Shown here: positions 1 through 11,221 of the stretch, one piece after another
Layout: the number at the start of each line of letters is the position of its first letter
How positions within the stretch are numbered: position 1 is the stretch's first letter
NCBI GenBank assembly: GCA_043228905.1
Contig: JBHGNT010000017.1
Span: 13,082,001 to 13,146,000 of the forward strand
Length of the DNA: 64,000 nt
From: Azolla caroliniana
Taxonomy: Eukaryota; Plantae; Polypodiophyta
Direction: 5' to 3'
Translations under genes and position numbers: made by a program
Notes under the pieces: generated by a model
Database searches by the model: none
What the model was told of the DNA's origin: nothing
Seen by the model: only the letters and a program-made list of their open reading frames with translations

Positions 1-50
1 ATTAAGGAACTGATGTCGGTTGTCGGAACTATCCTGTGCTGTGTCCGGCT

Positions 51-3000
51 CTAACCGGACTGGTTTGTCGTTACGCCCATCTGATGCCGAAGAGACCGAA
101 AGCGGTCTGCCGAAAGACACTTGGTCATTCCGTCTGCAACATTGTCGGTTGTGGATATTTTCTCTAGACCGATTTTCCCTGAAATGACGCAGTCCCGAAC
201 GAAGTGATATCGAACGTCGATATGTTTGGAGGCGTTGTGGTGAACCGGATTTCTCGACAAGGCAACAGCACCTTGACTGTCGCTATAGACAACTGGGGCC
301 GAGTCATGGTCGACTTGCCGAAACGTGTGCGCCAGCCGACCAAGCCATAAGGCTTCTTTTGCTGCGTCGGACGCAGCTACATATTCTGCTTCGGTCGTTG
401 AGGTCGCTGTGCACTCCTGAAGTTTCGACTTCCACGAAATTGCTCCATTGCCGAATTTGAAGCAGTATCCGGTTGTTGATTTCCGACTGTCTATACAGCC
501 GGCGAAGTCCGAGTCGGTGTAACCGACTACGCCTGAGGTTCGGTTCGGACCGAAGAGAATGCCGTGGTCTTTTGTGCCAGCCAGATATCTGAACACATGC
601 TTGACTGCGTTCCAATGCGATCGGCCGGGATTGTGCATAAATCTGCTAACGACTCCTACGGCGTGAGAAATATCAGGCCGTGTCGCGACCATCAGGTACA
701 TAAGGGAGCCGACTGCCGGTGCATACGGTACCGACTTCATATCTTCCCCCTCCGGACCGGATGTCGGGCAGTCTCGCTGAGAGAGCCGAAGATTCATAGG
801 GAGCGGGGTTGAAGCAGATTTGGTTGATTGCATGTTGAAGCGTTCTAAGACACGTCGGATATAGTCGGTCTGAGACAGAAAAAGATGTCGTTTATTGCGA
901 TGCCGACTAATCTTCATGCCGAGTATGTGTCGTGCCGGACCGAGGTCCTTCATGGCAAACTTCAACCGCAGTTGCCGAATGAGATCGGCAAGTTCGCCCG
1001 CGTGGCGTCCAGAAATTAGCATGTCGTCCACGTAAATGATGAGGAAGATGGGTGATCCATCTTGAGCTGTGTTGGTGAAAAGACAATGGTCCTCATCGCT
1101 TTTTGAGAAGCCGATCGATTGGATGAAGTCGTCGAACTTCTTGTACCATTGTCTCGGTGCCTGTTTGAGGCCGTATAGACTCTTCCTGAGTCGGCAGACT
1201 AGATGTTCTTGGCCAGGTGCCACGAAGCCTTTTGGCTGCTCCATATAAATTTCCTCCTCGAGATCACCATGGAGGAAGGCTGTTTTGACATCTAGCTGAA
1301 TCAGCTCCAAGTTGTCGGCTGCCACTACGCCGAGTAGAAAACGAAGGGTTGTCATTTTCACCACTGGTGAAAAAATCTCGTTGAAGTCGACGCCATATTC
1401 TTGTCGGAAGCCCTTCGCAACTAATCTGGCCTTGTACTTTGGGGTGGTCGAATCAGACGTCTCTTTTAGTCGATAAACCCACTTGCAAGGAAGAGCACGT
1501 CGGTTCCTAGGTAATTCGACCAGATCCCAAGTCTTGTTTGCCCGGATGGAGTGCATTTCCGACTCCATCGCCAGATGCCAGGTGGCGGAATCGACAGATG
1601 TCGATGCTTCTTCGTAAGACGTCGGTTCGCCGGCGTCGGTGAAGAAAATTCCAGGAGAGTACCTCTCCGGAGGTTGCGACAGTCTCTCGGATCGTCGAGG
1701 TATGATTGGACTGGTCGCATCGGGTATCGTGGTTGGATGGTCCGAAAGCGGATTGTTCTGCTGTGCCGAGTCGGAGTTGTCCGAGTCGGTAGTGTAAGGT
1801 TCAGCTACCCGTGAAGCTGGCCGTGTGTTGAGAGCGGGGCCTTCTTGAAGGGTCGGCACATCGGAAAATGTTACCCTTCGGACTTCGATCGGTTTGTCGA
1901 CTGATGGATTCATAGCCGACTCGTTGAACACAACGTCCGAACTTCGGACGATTTGTCTGCGTTCGGGATCCCAGAGTCGGTATCCCATTTCGCCGTCGGA
2001 TCCATATCCAAGGAAAATGCATTTCCTGGACCGAGGTGCAAGTTTTCGGCGATCATCTTTCGGAATAAGGGCGTACGCCTCGCATCCAAAGATCCTCAGC
2101 TTGTCGTAATTCGGCTTACTGCCGATCCATCGTTCCTGAGGAATTTGAAGTCCTAGAGGTCTACTTGGCGACATATTGATTATGTGTACTGCCGTGAGTA
2201 GAGCCTCTGCCCAGAAGCCATCCGACAGTCCGGAGTGTTGGAGCATGGAAACTATCCGTTCTTGGATTGTGCGATTCATGCGTTCGGCAATCCCGTTTTG
2301 CTCCGGGCTGTGTGGTGCCGTAAATTCACGTCGGATGCCGCGTTGTCGGCAGAATTTGACGAATTCTTCGGATTTGAACTCTCCCCCATTGTCTGTCCGA
2401 AAGCATTTCAGCTTTCGGTCGGTTTGATTTTCTACCATAGCGAGCCAATCGGTGAAGATCGAGAAGACCCGATCTTTGGTGCGAATCGGATAAGCCCACA
2501 CCTTTCGAGTCGAATCGTCAATAAAAGTGACGAAGTAAGAGGCACCGCCGAGAGACTGATGCGGCATTGGGCCACAGACGTCCGAGTGGACCAAATCAAG
2601 AGGTCTCGTTTCTCTTGGTGCTGATGTCGGGTGTGATGCGGCTGCTTGTTTGCCATACTGGCAATGCTCGCAGAATTGATGGTCGGAGAAGGAGAGTTTT
2701 GGGATGTATCCGGCTCTAGATAGATGCGTAATGCCGGCCTTGCTGAGGTGTCCTAATCTTCTGTGCCATAGTGATGACACAGGAATATCCACCAAAAACA
2801 GGTTACCCTCTCTGAGCGTAACATGTAACGGATACAGTGAGTGTATCTTGGGTCCTCTAGCAAGCAGGAGGTTCCCCCTGTGGAGTGTCCACCCTCCCGA
2901 AGAAAAACCGGCACGAATGCCGTCTTCATCTAGTTGTCCGACTGAGATCAATGGCCTTGAGAGCTCGGGTACATGTCGGACATTGTGGAGTACAAGTGTA

Positions 3001-3944
3001 GAGCCACCTGCAAGGTTGAGCTCTACTGTGCCGATTCCGATGATGTCACAGTGTTGTGAGTTGCCGACTCGAACTGAGTCGGAGTGACGGATCGTATATT
3101 GCCGAAATTGGGATCGATGAGGAGTCACGTGAAATGACGCGCCCGAATCTAAGAGCCATGTGCTCGATTCTTCAGTCGTGAGTAGAACTTCTGATCCGAC
3201 TGGATTTTCGATTGATAGTATATTCGGGTCGTCCGGTAGTACATCAGCTGAGAAGCTGACGTAATTGATCTCCTCATGCCGGCCACTCTTCTTGTTGTTC
3301 TTGTTCTTGAGTGCGTGGCAGTCGGCTTTGATGTGTCCGGGTTTCTTGCAATAGTTGCAGATTCGGTTATCCCGTGACTGGCTCCGTCTTCGCTGATTGT
3401 TCGGCGGTCGTGAGGAATCTCTTCCTCGTATGTTCGATCGGTCTGTCGAACCTTGTACTACGTAAGCGTCGTCTGTTGAGTCTTTGGCGAAAGACTTTCT
3501 CCGAGCTGCTTCGGTCAGGATTGCGCTCGTGACTTCGGAGTATTTAACAGCCGTGGTTGACGCGTTGCACACGGTTGTGACGAAAGTTTCCCATGATGAG
3601 GGAAGGCTGCTCATGAGTATCATTGCTCTGAGTTCATCCTCGATTGCCGTCCCCTGTGACGAGATTTGGGAGCTTATGCTTTCGTACTCATTGAGGTGTG
3701 CTTGAACCGAATCGGATTCTTTCATCCGCAAGTTGTAGAGGCGCCGGATCAGAAACATCTTCGTTGCGGCGACCTTTTTTTCGTAAGTGTCCGACAGTGT
3801 TTTCCACAGTTCGAATGCTGTCGTACACGATTGCACCGTAAAGTATACCGATTCCGATAGGTGCATCCGAATCGTGGCTCGAGTGGTAGTACCGGCTGGT
3901 GTGGCATACGAGCCTGCTCCGTTGGCTGGCCCATTCGCTAGCAT
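51..3944 (-). CDS. Ty1/copia (group A) gag-pol polyprotein ORF, uninterrupted; true gag N-terminus replaced by gypsy-derived sequence above ~3881
   Basis: 1297-aa ORF with zinc knuckle CNYCKKPGHIKADC, protease LLDSGAS, GAG-pre-integrase LWHRRLGH, integrase HSDVCGP/RTDNGGEF/AERMNRT, RT YVDD and RNaseH TDSDFAG, in copia order PR-INT-RT-RH. Sibling copies (55787, 13700-13870) have about 60 more gag residues before RATIRMHL. Confidence 0.95.
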   Translation of the reverse strand: MLANGPANGAGSYATPAGTTTRATIRMHLSESVYFTVQSCTTAFELWKTLSDTYEKKVAATKMFLIRRLYNLRMKESDSVQAHLNEYESISSQISSQGTAIEDELRAMILMSSLPSSWETFVTTVCNASTTAVKYSEVTSAILTEAARRKSFAKDSTDDAYVVQGSTDRSNIRGRDSSRPPNNQRRRSQSRDNRICNYCKKPGHIKADCHALKNKNNKKSGRHEEINYVSFSADVLPDDPNILSIENPVGSEVLLTTEESSTWLLDSGASFHVTPHRSQFRQYTIRHSDSVRVGNSQHCDIIGIGTVELNLAGGSTLVLHNVRHVPELSRPLISVGQLDEDGIRAGFSSGGWTLHRGNLLLARGPKIHSLYPLHVTLREGNLFLVDIPVSSLWHRRLGHLSKAGITHLSRAGYIPKLSFSDHQFCEHCQYGKQAAASHPTSAPRETRPLDLVHSDVCGPMPHQSLGGASYFVTFIDDSTRKVWAYPIRTKDRVFSIFTDWLAMVENQTDRKLKCFRTDNGGEFKSEEFVKFCRQRGIRREFTAPHSPEQNGIAERMNRTIQERIVSMLQHSGLSDGFWAEALLTAVHIINMSPSRPLGLQIPQERWIGSKPNYDKLRIFGCEAYALIPKDDRRKLAPRSRKCIFLGYGSDGEMGYRLWDPERRQIVRSSDVVFNESAMNPSVDKPIEVRRVTFSDVPTLQEGPALNTRPASRVAEPYTTDSDNSDSAQQNNPLSDHPTTIPDATSPIIPRRSERLSQPPERYSPGIFFTDAGEPTSYEEASTSVDSATWHLAMESEMHSIRANKTWDLVELPRNRRALPCKWVYRLKETSDSTTPKYKARLVAKGFRQEYGVDFNEIFSPVVKMTTLRFLLGVVAADNLELIQLDVKTAFLHGDLEEEIYMEQPKGFVAPGQEHLVCRLRKSLYGLKQAPRQWYKKFDDFIQSIGFSKSDEDHCLFTNTAQDGSPIFLIIYVDDMLISGRHAGELADLIRQLRLKFAMKDLGPARHILGMKISRHRNKRHLFLSQTDYIRRVLERFNMQSTKSASTPLPMNLRLSQRDCPTSGPEGEDMKSVPYAPAVGSLMYLMVATRPDISHAVGVVSRFMHNPGRSHWNAVKHVFRYLAGTKDHGILFGPNRTSGVVGYTDSDFAGCIDSRKSTTGYCFKFGNGAISWKSKLQECTATSTTEAEYVAASDAAKEALWLGRLAHTFRQVDHDSAPVVYSDSQGAVALSRNPVHHNASKHIDVRYHFVRDCVISGKIGLEKISTTDNVADGMTKCLSADRFRSLRHQMGVTTNQSG

Positions 3945-4147
3945 AGGTCACATTCTTTTGCGTACCGTACCGCATCTCTTAATGTCGTTGGCCACCATAG
4001 GCCACTTTGCCATATTTTCCTGGCCGTCGCATCTCCGGCATAGTGACCTCCGGCAACTCCGCAGTGGGCTTCTCTCAATATCAGTTCCTTTTCATCGCTG
4101 CGCACCGCCCGTCTCCATATGTCGTCCGCGCCCTTGTGGTACAGTGT
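3875..4147 (-). mobile_element. Ty3/gypsy integrase N-terminal zinc-binding (H2C2) fragment
   Basis: Translation TLYHKGADDIWRRAV...REAHCGVAGGHYAG...WWPT...CDLC*RMGQPTEQARMPHQPVLPLEP matches the gypsy integrase HHCC region; one in-frame stop. Confidence 0.85.
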
Positions 4148-4412
4148 GACGGCAATTAACACAGAGAGAAAACAACGCTAAGCTTTTTATTAATTAACCG
4201 TTATTCATTACATTGTATCCGGGCCTTTAAATAGGTTTCCGGTCTGTATTACAAAACGGTGCCATCCGCACCTGTTCGGGATCAGTCCGGATCCGGAACG
4301 GCATACCGATTCCGGTCCGTCCGTCCACACTCATAGCTTAATTACAACCACATTCCTACTACTTAAATAACTCTCTGTTTCCCACTCTGGACTCCTTTGC
4401 CGGCCGGTAACA
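4145..4412 (-). mobile_element. LTR (268 bp) without matching TSD
   Basis: Minus-strand termini TGTTACCGGC...GCCGTCACA (imperfect inverted, TG..CA), with TATTTAAA and AATAAA inside. It truncates the LINE RT exactly after GVKQG. Flanks TACAG/CCTTG differ. Confidence 0.65.
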
Positions 4413-5766
4413 CCTTGCTTAACACCAATAGTGCTTTTGAAAAAGTCTGAAAGTTTATCTCTCATGTGCACACAACATATAACCTTCTCATAAATTCGGG
4501 AAATTGCAAGCATATATTCACTTGGCACCTCAAGTTCTTCCATTCGCCTCCAAAGATGCTCATGAGGTACCATATCAAAAGCTTTCTTGAAGTCTACAAA
4601 GCAACAATATAAACCTTTACCTCTAAGGCGACTTTCCTCCATTAATACTCGAAGGGTGATAAGGTGATCAATGGTGCTATGGTGTTTCCGAAAGCCAGCT
4701 TCTCCATAAGCTCTCTTACCACTTTTTTCAGCCCATACACTTATCTTTGATTCCATTATACATCCAAATAATTTTGCCCTTAATGAGCCAACCATGATGG
4801 TTCGATAGTTGTTTACATTATTTATATCTCCACCTTTATGTAAAGGTTTGATCCAATTTGTAGTCCAATCGTACGGCATACCATGTTGCAATGCATCATT
4901 AAACATATCGTTTATCCATATATGTGCTTCCTTTCCCGTCCATTTGAGCATTTCAACCTTTATACATTGAAGATCGCTTGCCTTTCGAGAGGCCAATTTC
5001 TTAAGTCCTATGCATATATCTTCAATCGTAAAGAAGGGAGGCATATGTGAAAGAGAACCATAACACATCATCTTTCCGGCAAGAGATAACTCATATAAAT
5101 TCCTACAATGCATAGACAAGTCGTGAAGAGTTAAGTCACCATAACTCTCAACACGTTTTCCCTTTAGATTTCCCCAAAATTTAGCACATGCATGTGCTTT
5201 CTCTTGCGTTTGGATAAATTGTTGAGTAACTTCCCATATTCTTCTCTTTCTTTGAATAAGCCTTTTATACTCATGCAAATGCTTTTGGTAATTCTCTTTA
5301 TCCTTAACTACATCCAAAACCATAAGGCACTTTCGAGCTTCATGACATTCTTTATCAAACCATTTTTTCCTAAGTTTCTTCGTGCATTTCCAAGATGTGC
5401 GGTTGGTCGAAAAACATTTGTTTGTACATGAGAGAATGACTTTCTTGAAAGATTCCCATTTGCATTCTAGTGTGGCACCATGTTGTATCTTTGTCATTTG
5501 TAACATATCCTCAACCATCTTGGAATACATGGGTGCTCGCTTAAGGTTCATGCTCAAGTGCGATTGTTTATTATCTTCAATAGCCTTCTCACAATCAAAC
5601 CTATGCATACATTTGAGATCAATACATAAAGGCCTATGATCGGATTCCGGTGTCCATTCACCAAGTGAGAATTTATGTATATGATCCAAAATACCTTCGG
5701 AAAGTAGCACATAATCAATCACACTATTTCCATTGTGTTTTCTACATGTAAAACCATTAGTGTTGG
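4413..5766 (-). mobile_element. LINE ORF2 internal fragment (end of endonuclease to first half of RT), frame still open
   Basis: Motifs SVIDYVLLS, ESDHRPL (APE endonuclease end), KWFDKEC, NYRTI, GFRKHHSTIDH, FVDFKKAFD, GVKQG. The ends of ORF 4331-5800 are read-through into the LTRs on both sides. Confidence 0.9.
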
Positions 5767-6050
5767 TGTTGGAGACAATGTCGTCAATGCGGAAGATCAA
5801 GTAGCATTCGATTCGTGCTTGAATACCTGCGTATGACAGTTTCTAGGTCGTTGCACAGAGAGAGAGAGAGAGACACACACACAAAAGACTCTTTATTTCA
5901 CAAAGCAATAATACAACACCCAACCTTACAAAAAGGTTACAAGGTCACTATATATAGTGACCGACTTAGGGCAACTACCCTTTATGCTAATTACATAAAT
6001 GGCCAAAACGGGATAGTGTGAATACGTCCATTATACACATGTATTCGACA
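5767..6050 (-). mobile_element. Copia group A LTR, solo-like, no TSD
   Basis: TGTTGG...TTCGACA termini; aligns by eye to LTRs at 14398-14745 and 54824-55099, which sit next to Met PBSs. Flanks GTTGG/CGACC differ (LINE on one side, copia B pol on the other). Confidence 0.8.
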
Positions 6051-9000
6051 CGACCATCGTGAAGGCCGTAGGTTTGTCCTCGAATCGAATGACGTAAAAT
6101 TGTCCATGTTTGAAAAGGGCCTCAAAGTCGAAACCGACCTAAACTTGTGGCACAAGAGAATTGGCCACATCAACCTCTAGAAGCTTCAGAACATGCAATC
6201 GAAAGGAGTCGTAATCGGACTCCTGAACGTTACCGTGAAGGAGATTACGGGCATATGAAAAGTGTGCCAGCTCGGAAAGCAATGCCGAGATCCATTCCCA
6301 AAAAGACCGGAATGTGAGAAAAGGGATCTTGGATGTCGTACATTCATATGTATGGGGACCGGCCCAGACAACCACACTCGGCGGATGCCGATATTACGTC
6401 ACGTCCATCGACGACTTCTCCAGGCACACCCAGATCTACCCGATGAGATAGAAGAGCGAAGTGTTCAGACACTTCCAGAGGTTCAAAGCCGAAGTCGAAA
6501 AAACTACGGGTCGGAACGTACGCTGCCTTCGATCAGATGGAGGCAATGAATATTTCTCGGATGAGTTTAAGACGTATCTCTAAAAGGAAGGAATCCGATG
6601 AGAATTTTCATGCCATCACACGCCCCAGCAAAACGGCATAGCCGAGCGGAAGAACCTGCACATAGTAGAGGTTGCATGGGCAATGATGAATGAGAAGAAC
6701 ATGCCGAAATCATACTGGGCAGAAGCGGGGAACATGGCCGTATACCTCATGAACCGGTGCAGAACCTCAGGAGTACACGACGCAACCCCCCATGAGAAGT
6801 TTCTTAGTAAGAAGCCGGACTTATCACATGTTCGTATTTTCGGCTCAATTGCTTATGTGCATATTCCCGATGATACGCGACAAAAGCTCAATCCAAAGTC
6901 GGAGAAATGTATCCTCGTGGGGTACTCGCTCGAACAGACGGGGTACAAATGCTACAATCCATCTACCCAAAAAGTTTGAACAAGTTGAGATATCGTTTTC
7001 GACAAGTCCGCATCCTGGTACACACCAGAGACAACTTCGACTCCGACTCCACTCGACCCGGAATACGCCGAAATAGAGGCAGAAGCCGAAGATCGACTTA
7101 CGCGCATCTTCGAAGAAAGCCCGATTACGACAAGGCTTAGTGGGCCTCAAGAGCCTCCGAGCGATCAAAGCACATCTCAGCCACATCTGAAGCTGGACAA
7201 AGGGAAGGCGAAAATGCCGGAGTATGAAGACGATCACTTCAACGGCAACGAATCGACTCACTCCCTCGATAGTCAGTTCGAAGGCCTCAACATCAGAACA
7301 AATGGAGCGAAGAAAGCCTTAGTATCCGCGAACGAAAAGCTACGTTGGTCCACCCGAGAAAAGAACCCTGTAAACCGTTATGGCTACGACGAGTACATGG
7401 CGTATCATTACGTCTTTATGATGAGGTAGCATCAGTACGGGAGCCAGAAACTCTTTCCGAAGCTGTAAAGAATCTGCGATGGATCGACGCGATGAATGAG
7501 GAAATGCAAGCCCTATGCGAAAATGAGACATGGGATCTCGTTCCTCACACTCCGCACAAGAAAGCGATTGGCTACCAATGGATTTACAAAGTGAAACACA
7601 ATGCCGATGGCCCCATAAATCGTTTCAAAGCACGGCTCATTGTGAAAGGATATCCACAAACGCACAGAGTTGACTATGAAGAGACCTTTGCCCCAGTGGC
7701 AAAGATGACAACAAAAGGGTGGTACCTTCATCAGATGGACGTAAAGAACGTCTTCCTCCAAGGGGAATTAGAGGAGGAAGTGTACATGATTCAACCACCC
7801 GTCTTTGAATCGCGCAATCATCCGAACGCCATTTGCCGACTCAAGAAGCCAGTCTATGACCTCAAACAAGCACCACGTGTGTGGCATTCGAAGATCACGT
7901 AGTATCTTCATCAAATCAGATTTCGAATGTCAAAATCTGATAATTCTCTGTACATTCGAAACGAATCGGATAGCCCGATTGTCATCATCCTATGCGTGGA
8001 TGATTTGGTCATCGGAGGAAAGGATCTCACCGAGATTAACAAGGTCAAAACACTTCTCTCAAGCAGATTCGAAATGAAAGACCTGCACGAGCTCCATTAC
8101 TTCTTAGGTATCGAAGTAATTCGGACACTAGTCGTGATAATGATCTCACAACGACACTACGTCCTCAACTTAATCTACAAGTTCGGGATGACGGAGTGCA
8201 AACCTGTGTCCACCCCGTTTGACCGTAATCTCATGCTTGATGTCGATTCCGGAACATCCGAGTGCGAACCAACTCAATATCGCCAATTGATCGGCAACCT
8301 CATCTACCTAACCATTACGCGACCCGACCTCAGCTATTCGGTCGGCCTACTTAGCCAATTCATGCAGAATCCGTAAAACCTTCATCTTTGGTACGCCAGT
8401 GTTACGATGGATTGTGGCATCAGATATAGGTCAAATACGATAATTCGACTTGAGGGGTACACAAACGCGGACTGGGCAGGTTATAAAGCGGATAGACGGT
8501 CAACATTAGGACTCGTCTTCTCCCTCGGCAACGGAGCAATCTCACGGAGTAGCAAGAAGCAACCAACAATCTCATTGTCAAGCACGGACGTCGAATACAG
8601 GGGCGCAGCGGTCGCCGTGTGCGAAGCCGTATGGCTCAAGCATATACTAAAGGATCTGATTCGTCTATACGTGCGTACCCATCGAGGATCTGATTCGTCT
8701 ATACTATGACAACATGAGCAGTATCTACTTGGCGCGGAACCCCGTATTCCACACGCGGACTAAGCATTTCGAAGTGCACTACCACTTCATCCACGAACGT
8801 GTGCCAGCCGGAGATATAGACTTACACCATATCAACACAAATCTATAGGTAGCCGACATTTTCACAAAAGCGCTGGGTATCGACAAGTTGTGGCAGTTCG
8901 CGTCGAACCTTGGCCAATCTATTCTTGACCAGCCGAGCTTGAGGGGGAGTCCAAAACATGGAACCGATCGATGGATCGAAGCCGAACAAGGAGTACGCAA

Positions 9001-9333
9001 CCGAAAAGCCAAACAATCGAAGTTCAAAGCATTCCGAAGACCGATCCGAAACATTTTTTCGATATTCGGAAGTTGTGTTCAAAGGGGCAAGTTGAGAATC
9101 GAACTCAACTTCCCATAGAAATAGGTTTCACACTAGCTCATGGACATAACATGCTAGTTTTGTAAATAGTAGAAAGGGCACTTGCCCTAGTTTAGTTGGT
9201 ATTTAAACCAACCTTTTGTAACTTTGTTACAATTGGAATTAATACATAGTTTCTCATAAGTGCTCATACACACACACACACACAGTCCTACACTTGCATA
9301 CAATCACTCTCCTTTATTTACTTGTATCGAACA
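6051..9333 (+). mobile_element. Degenerate Ty1/copia (group B) 3' half: INT-RT-RNaseH, PPT and 3' LTR (~9090-9333)
   Basis: Fragmented ORFs with YWAEA, KCILVGYS, FKARLIVKG, LCVDDL, TNADWAG; many stops and frameshifts; GAGCTTGAGGGGGAG at 8935-8949. The LTR's 5' part matches the reverse of LTR 12673-12963. Confidence 0.9.
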
Positions 9334-11221
9334 CAGTTCGGTCTAGTGTCAAGAGTCGCGCGAACTGCTTTTCAAACTCCTGAAGCAGAGCCGACGTATT
9401 CCATCCCTTGTCGGGGCTCTTGACCCAATCCATAAAGTCCTTCTTCGATAGTCAGAGAGAATCATTAAAGCCGTACTTCTCGAGCAGCCGCCCCTCGAAG
9501 TCTGGCCAATTACGACAAACCGCTTGCACTTCGAGCACCTCCGCATGGATGCTCGACGTTACGACCCGAGGGAATACGGACAATCGTCTGTCCTCTGGAA
9601 TATTCCTCATCAACATCTCGGCCTTGTAGGCCTCCAGGTAGCTTGTTGAGTCTTTCCCATTAACCATCCTATTGTCGACCATCGTTTCTATGTCCCTATC
9701 AAGAGCGCTCGTGCCCTCGCGAGCGTTAACTAGGCGGTCTACAGCCACCAACATTGCTTCAGCGAGTTCACTTCCTCTCATCTTTGGACTCCTTTACTGC
9801 CCCTTTCATGTTGGTTTCACCAAAGGACGTCACGGTTTTCTCCGAGTAGGTGTTGAAACGGGCAAGACCACAGGGGTCTCGAACCAAGGAGTCAGAGGGA
9901 GTAGGAAGAGCGACCATGATGGTGTGTGAGGTCGGTTACCGGAAGCGGGACAACGAGTGTGTAGGTTCCCGGAAGGAACCATGTCGCGTAGTTCGCAGGT
10001 AGAGCAGGAAACCAGTTACGAAGAAACAGAAATAGAGATGAAAACCCGAAACGAGAAGAGATCAACTTGAACAATCGAAACGAATAGATTAAGGTAAGAA
10101 GAATACAACCAGGCTCGGCTGGTAGCTGAGTTGTACGTTGTACAGAACACACCCCCACACACGCACGCACACAAACATATCAAGGAGCCTCTAGTCGGGA
10201 GTTGAGGCTTCCTTTCAGAATCATACACAAGAGAGAGAGAGAGAGAGAGAGAGCTCGACCCACAACTCGACAACACTTCGTCCTCCCAAAACCCGGTGTC
10301 ACGGAAATCCGCGCGTGCATGTCGGATAGGACGGAACCACGAGGGTCTTGGACTAGGTAGTAAGAGGAGGGAGAGAAGCTTGGGAGTTCAACCGAGAAGG
10401 AAGAGAAAGATTAAGATTCAAGAGAATAAGATCTAAACAAGACAAGATACATTATGGAAAGCCCCACACCAATTACAACCGTGGTCGTGTGGGCCGAATG
10501 TAAACCCTCTAGATGAAACCCTAACCGGATAGGGGAAAAGACGAAGAAGAAGAAGAAGAAGAATGAAACCCCTAAAACGAGATCCTAAAACCCAAAATTT
10601 TGAAACCCTAATGGCAACCCAAAGAAACCCAAAAAGTGGAAGCCCCTCCAAAGTGACCCCTCACTCCCTTTTATAGTAATAAGGGGTGAGGCACATTACA
10701 AAAAGGTGTGGTCAAATCCCCTTTCTTGCAAAGGAGAGTATTTGACCTCGATCTTAGGAGGTGAGATTGATGGGTCTTAACTCCCCCTCCTCTCACCGAC
10801 ATACTCAATGCCCACTACTCCCTACACCCATACTTCATGTGCCTCCCTCTAGTCTACAAAGTGCACATCACCTTTATACCTTTACATCTTACTTTTCCTC
10901 CTTACATTTGTCTATTATTCCTATGTTACAATTTTCCTAAGTTCACGTGCAATGTTGCACATCTTGTTTTATTCCTCCCGCTCGGGTTTTCTCACCATGA
11001 CCGAAAATCCTCACGACACCGGATCCCTAAAACAAGCTCAAGCCTCCCGTTTTATAGCACGAAGGGAGATCGTTACATCGTGATCGGTGTCAGAGATTCC
11101 CCCCTTTGATTTCTTCGCATCAAATGCTTGCATTCTCTCTATGCGTGTGGGACTCTAAAGTACCCTTTAATTCCTACTACCTAGTACTTACCAGTCCTAT
11201 GCTATGTACATTATGTTTGTG
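9334..11221 (-). mobile_element. Ty3/gypsy 5' fragment: LTR (~9828-11221, interrupted and truncated), degenerate tRNA-Trp PBS, gag start
   Basis: Gag-like ORF 9452-9781 (NGKDSTSYLEAYKAEM...WPDFEGRLLEKY). Minus-strand TGGTGAAACCAACATGAA at ~9805-9822 is a decayed copy of the PBS at 48702. LTR segment 11050-11200 matches 54135-54290 in reverse. Confidence 0.75.
10297..11018 (-). mobile_element. Solo LTR of the TGTCGTGA gypsy group with 4-bp TSD CCGG
   Basis: Minus-strand termini TGTCGTGAGG...CCGTGACA; CCGG at 10293-10296 and 11019-11022; inserted inside a related LTR. Confidence 0.85.

Noticed and set aside
304-3705. Many short alternative-frame and antisense ORFs over the copia pol (also 24866-25648 and 63373-63948)
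   Set aside because: Shadow ORFs of retroelement coding sequence with no recognisable domains.
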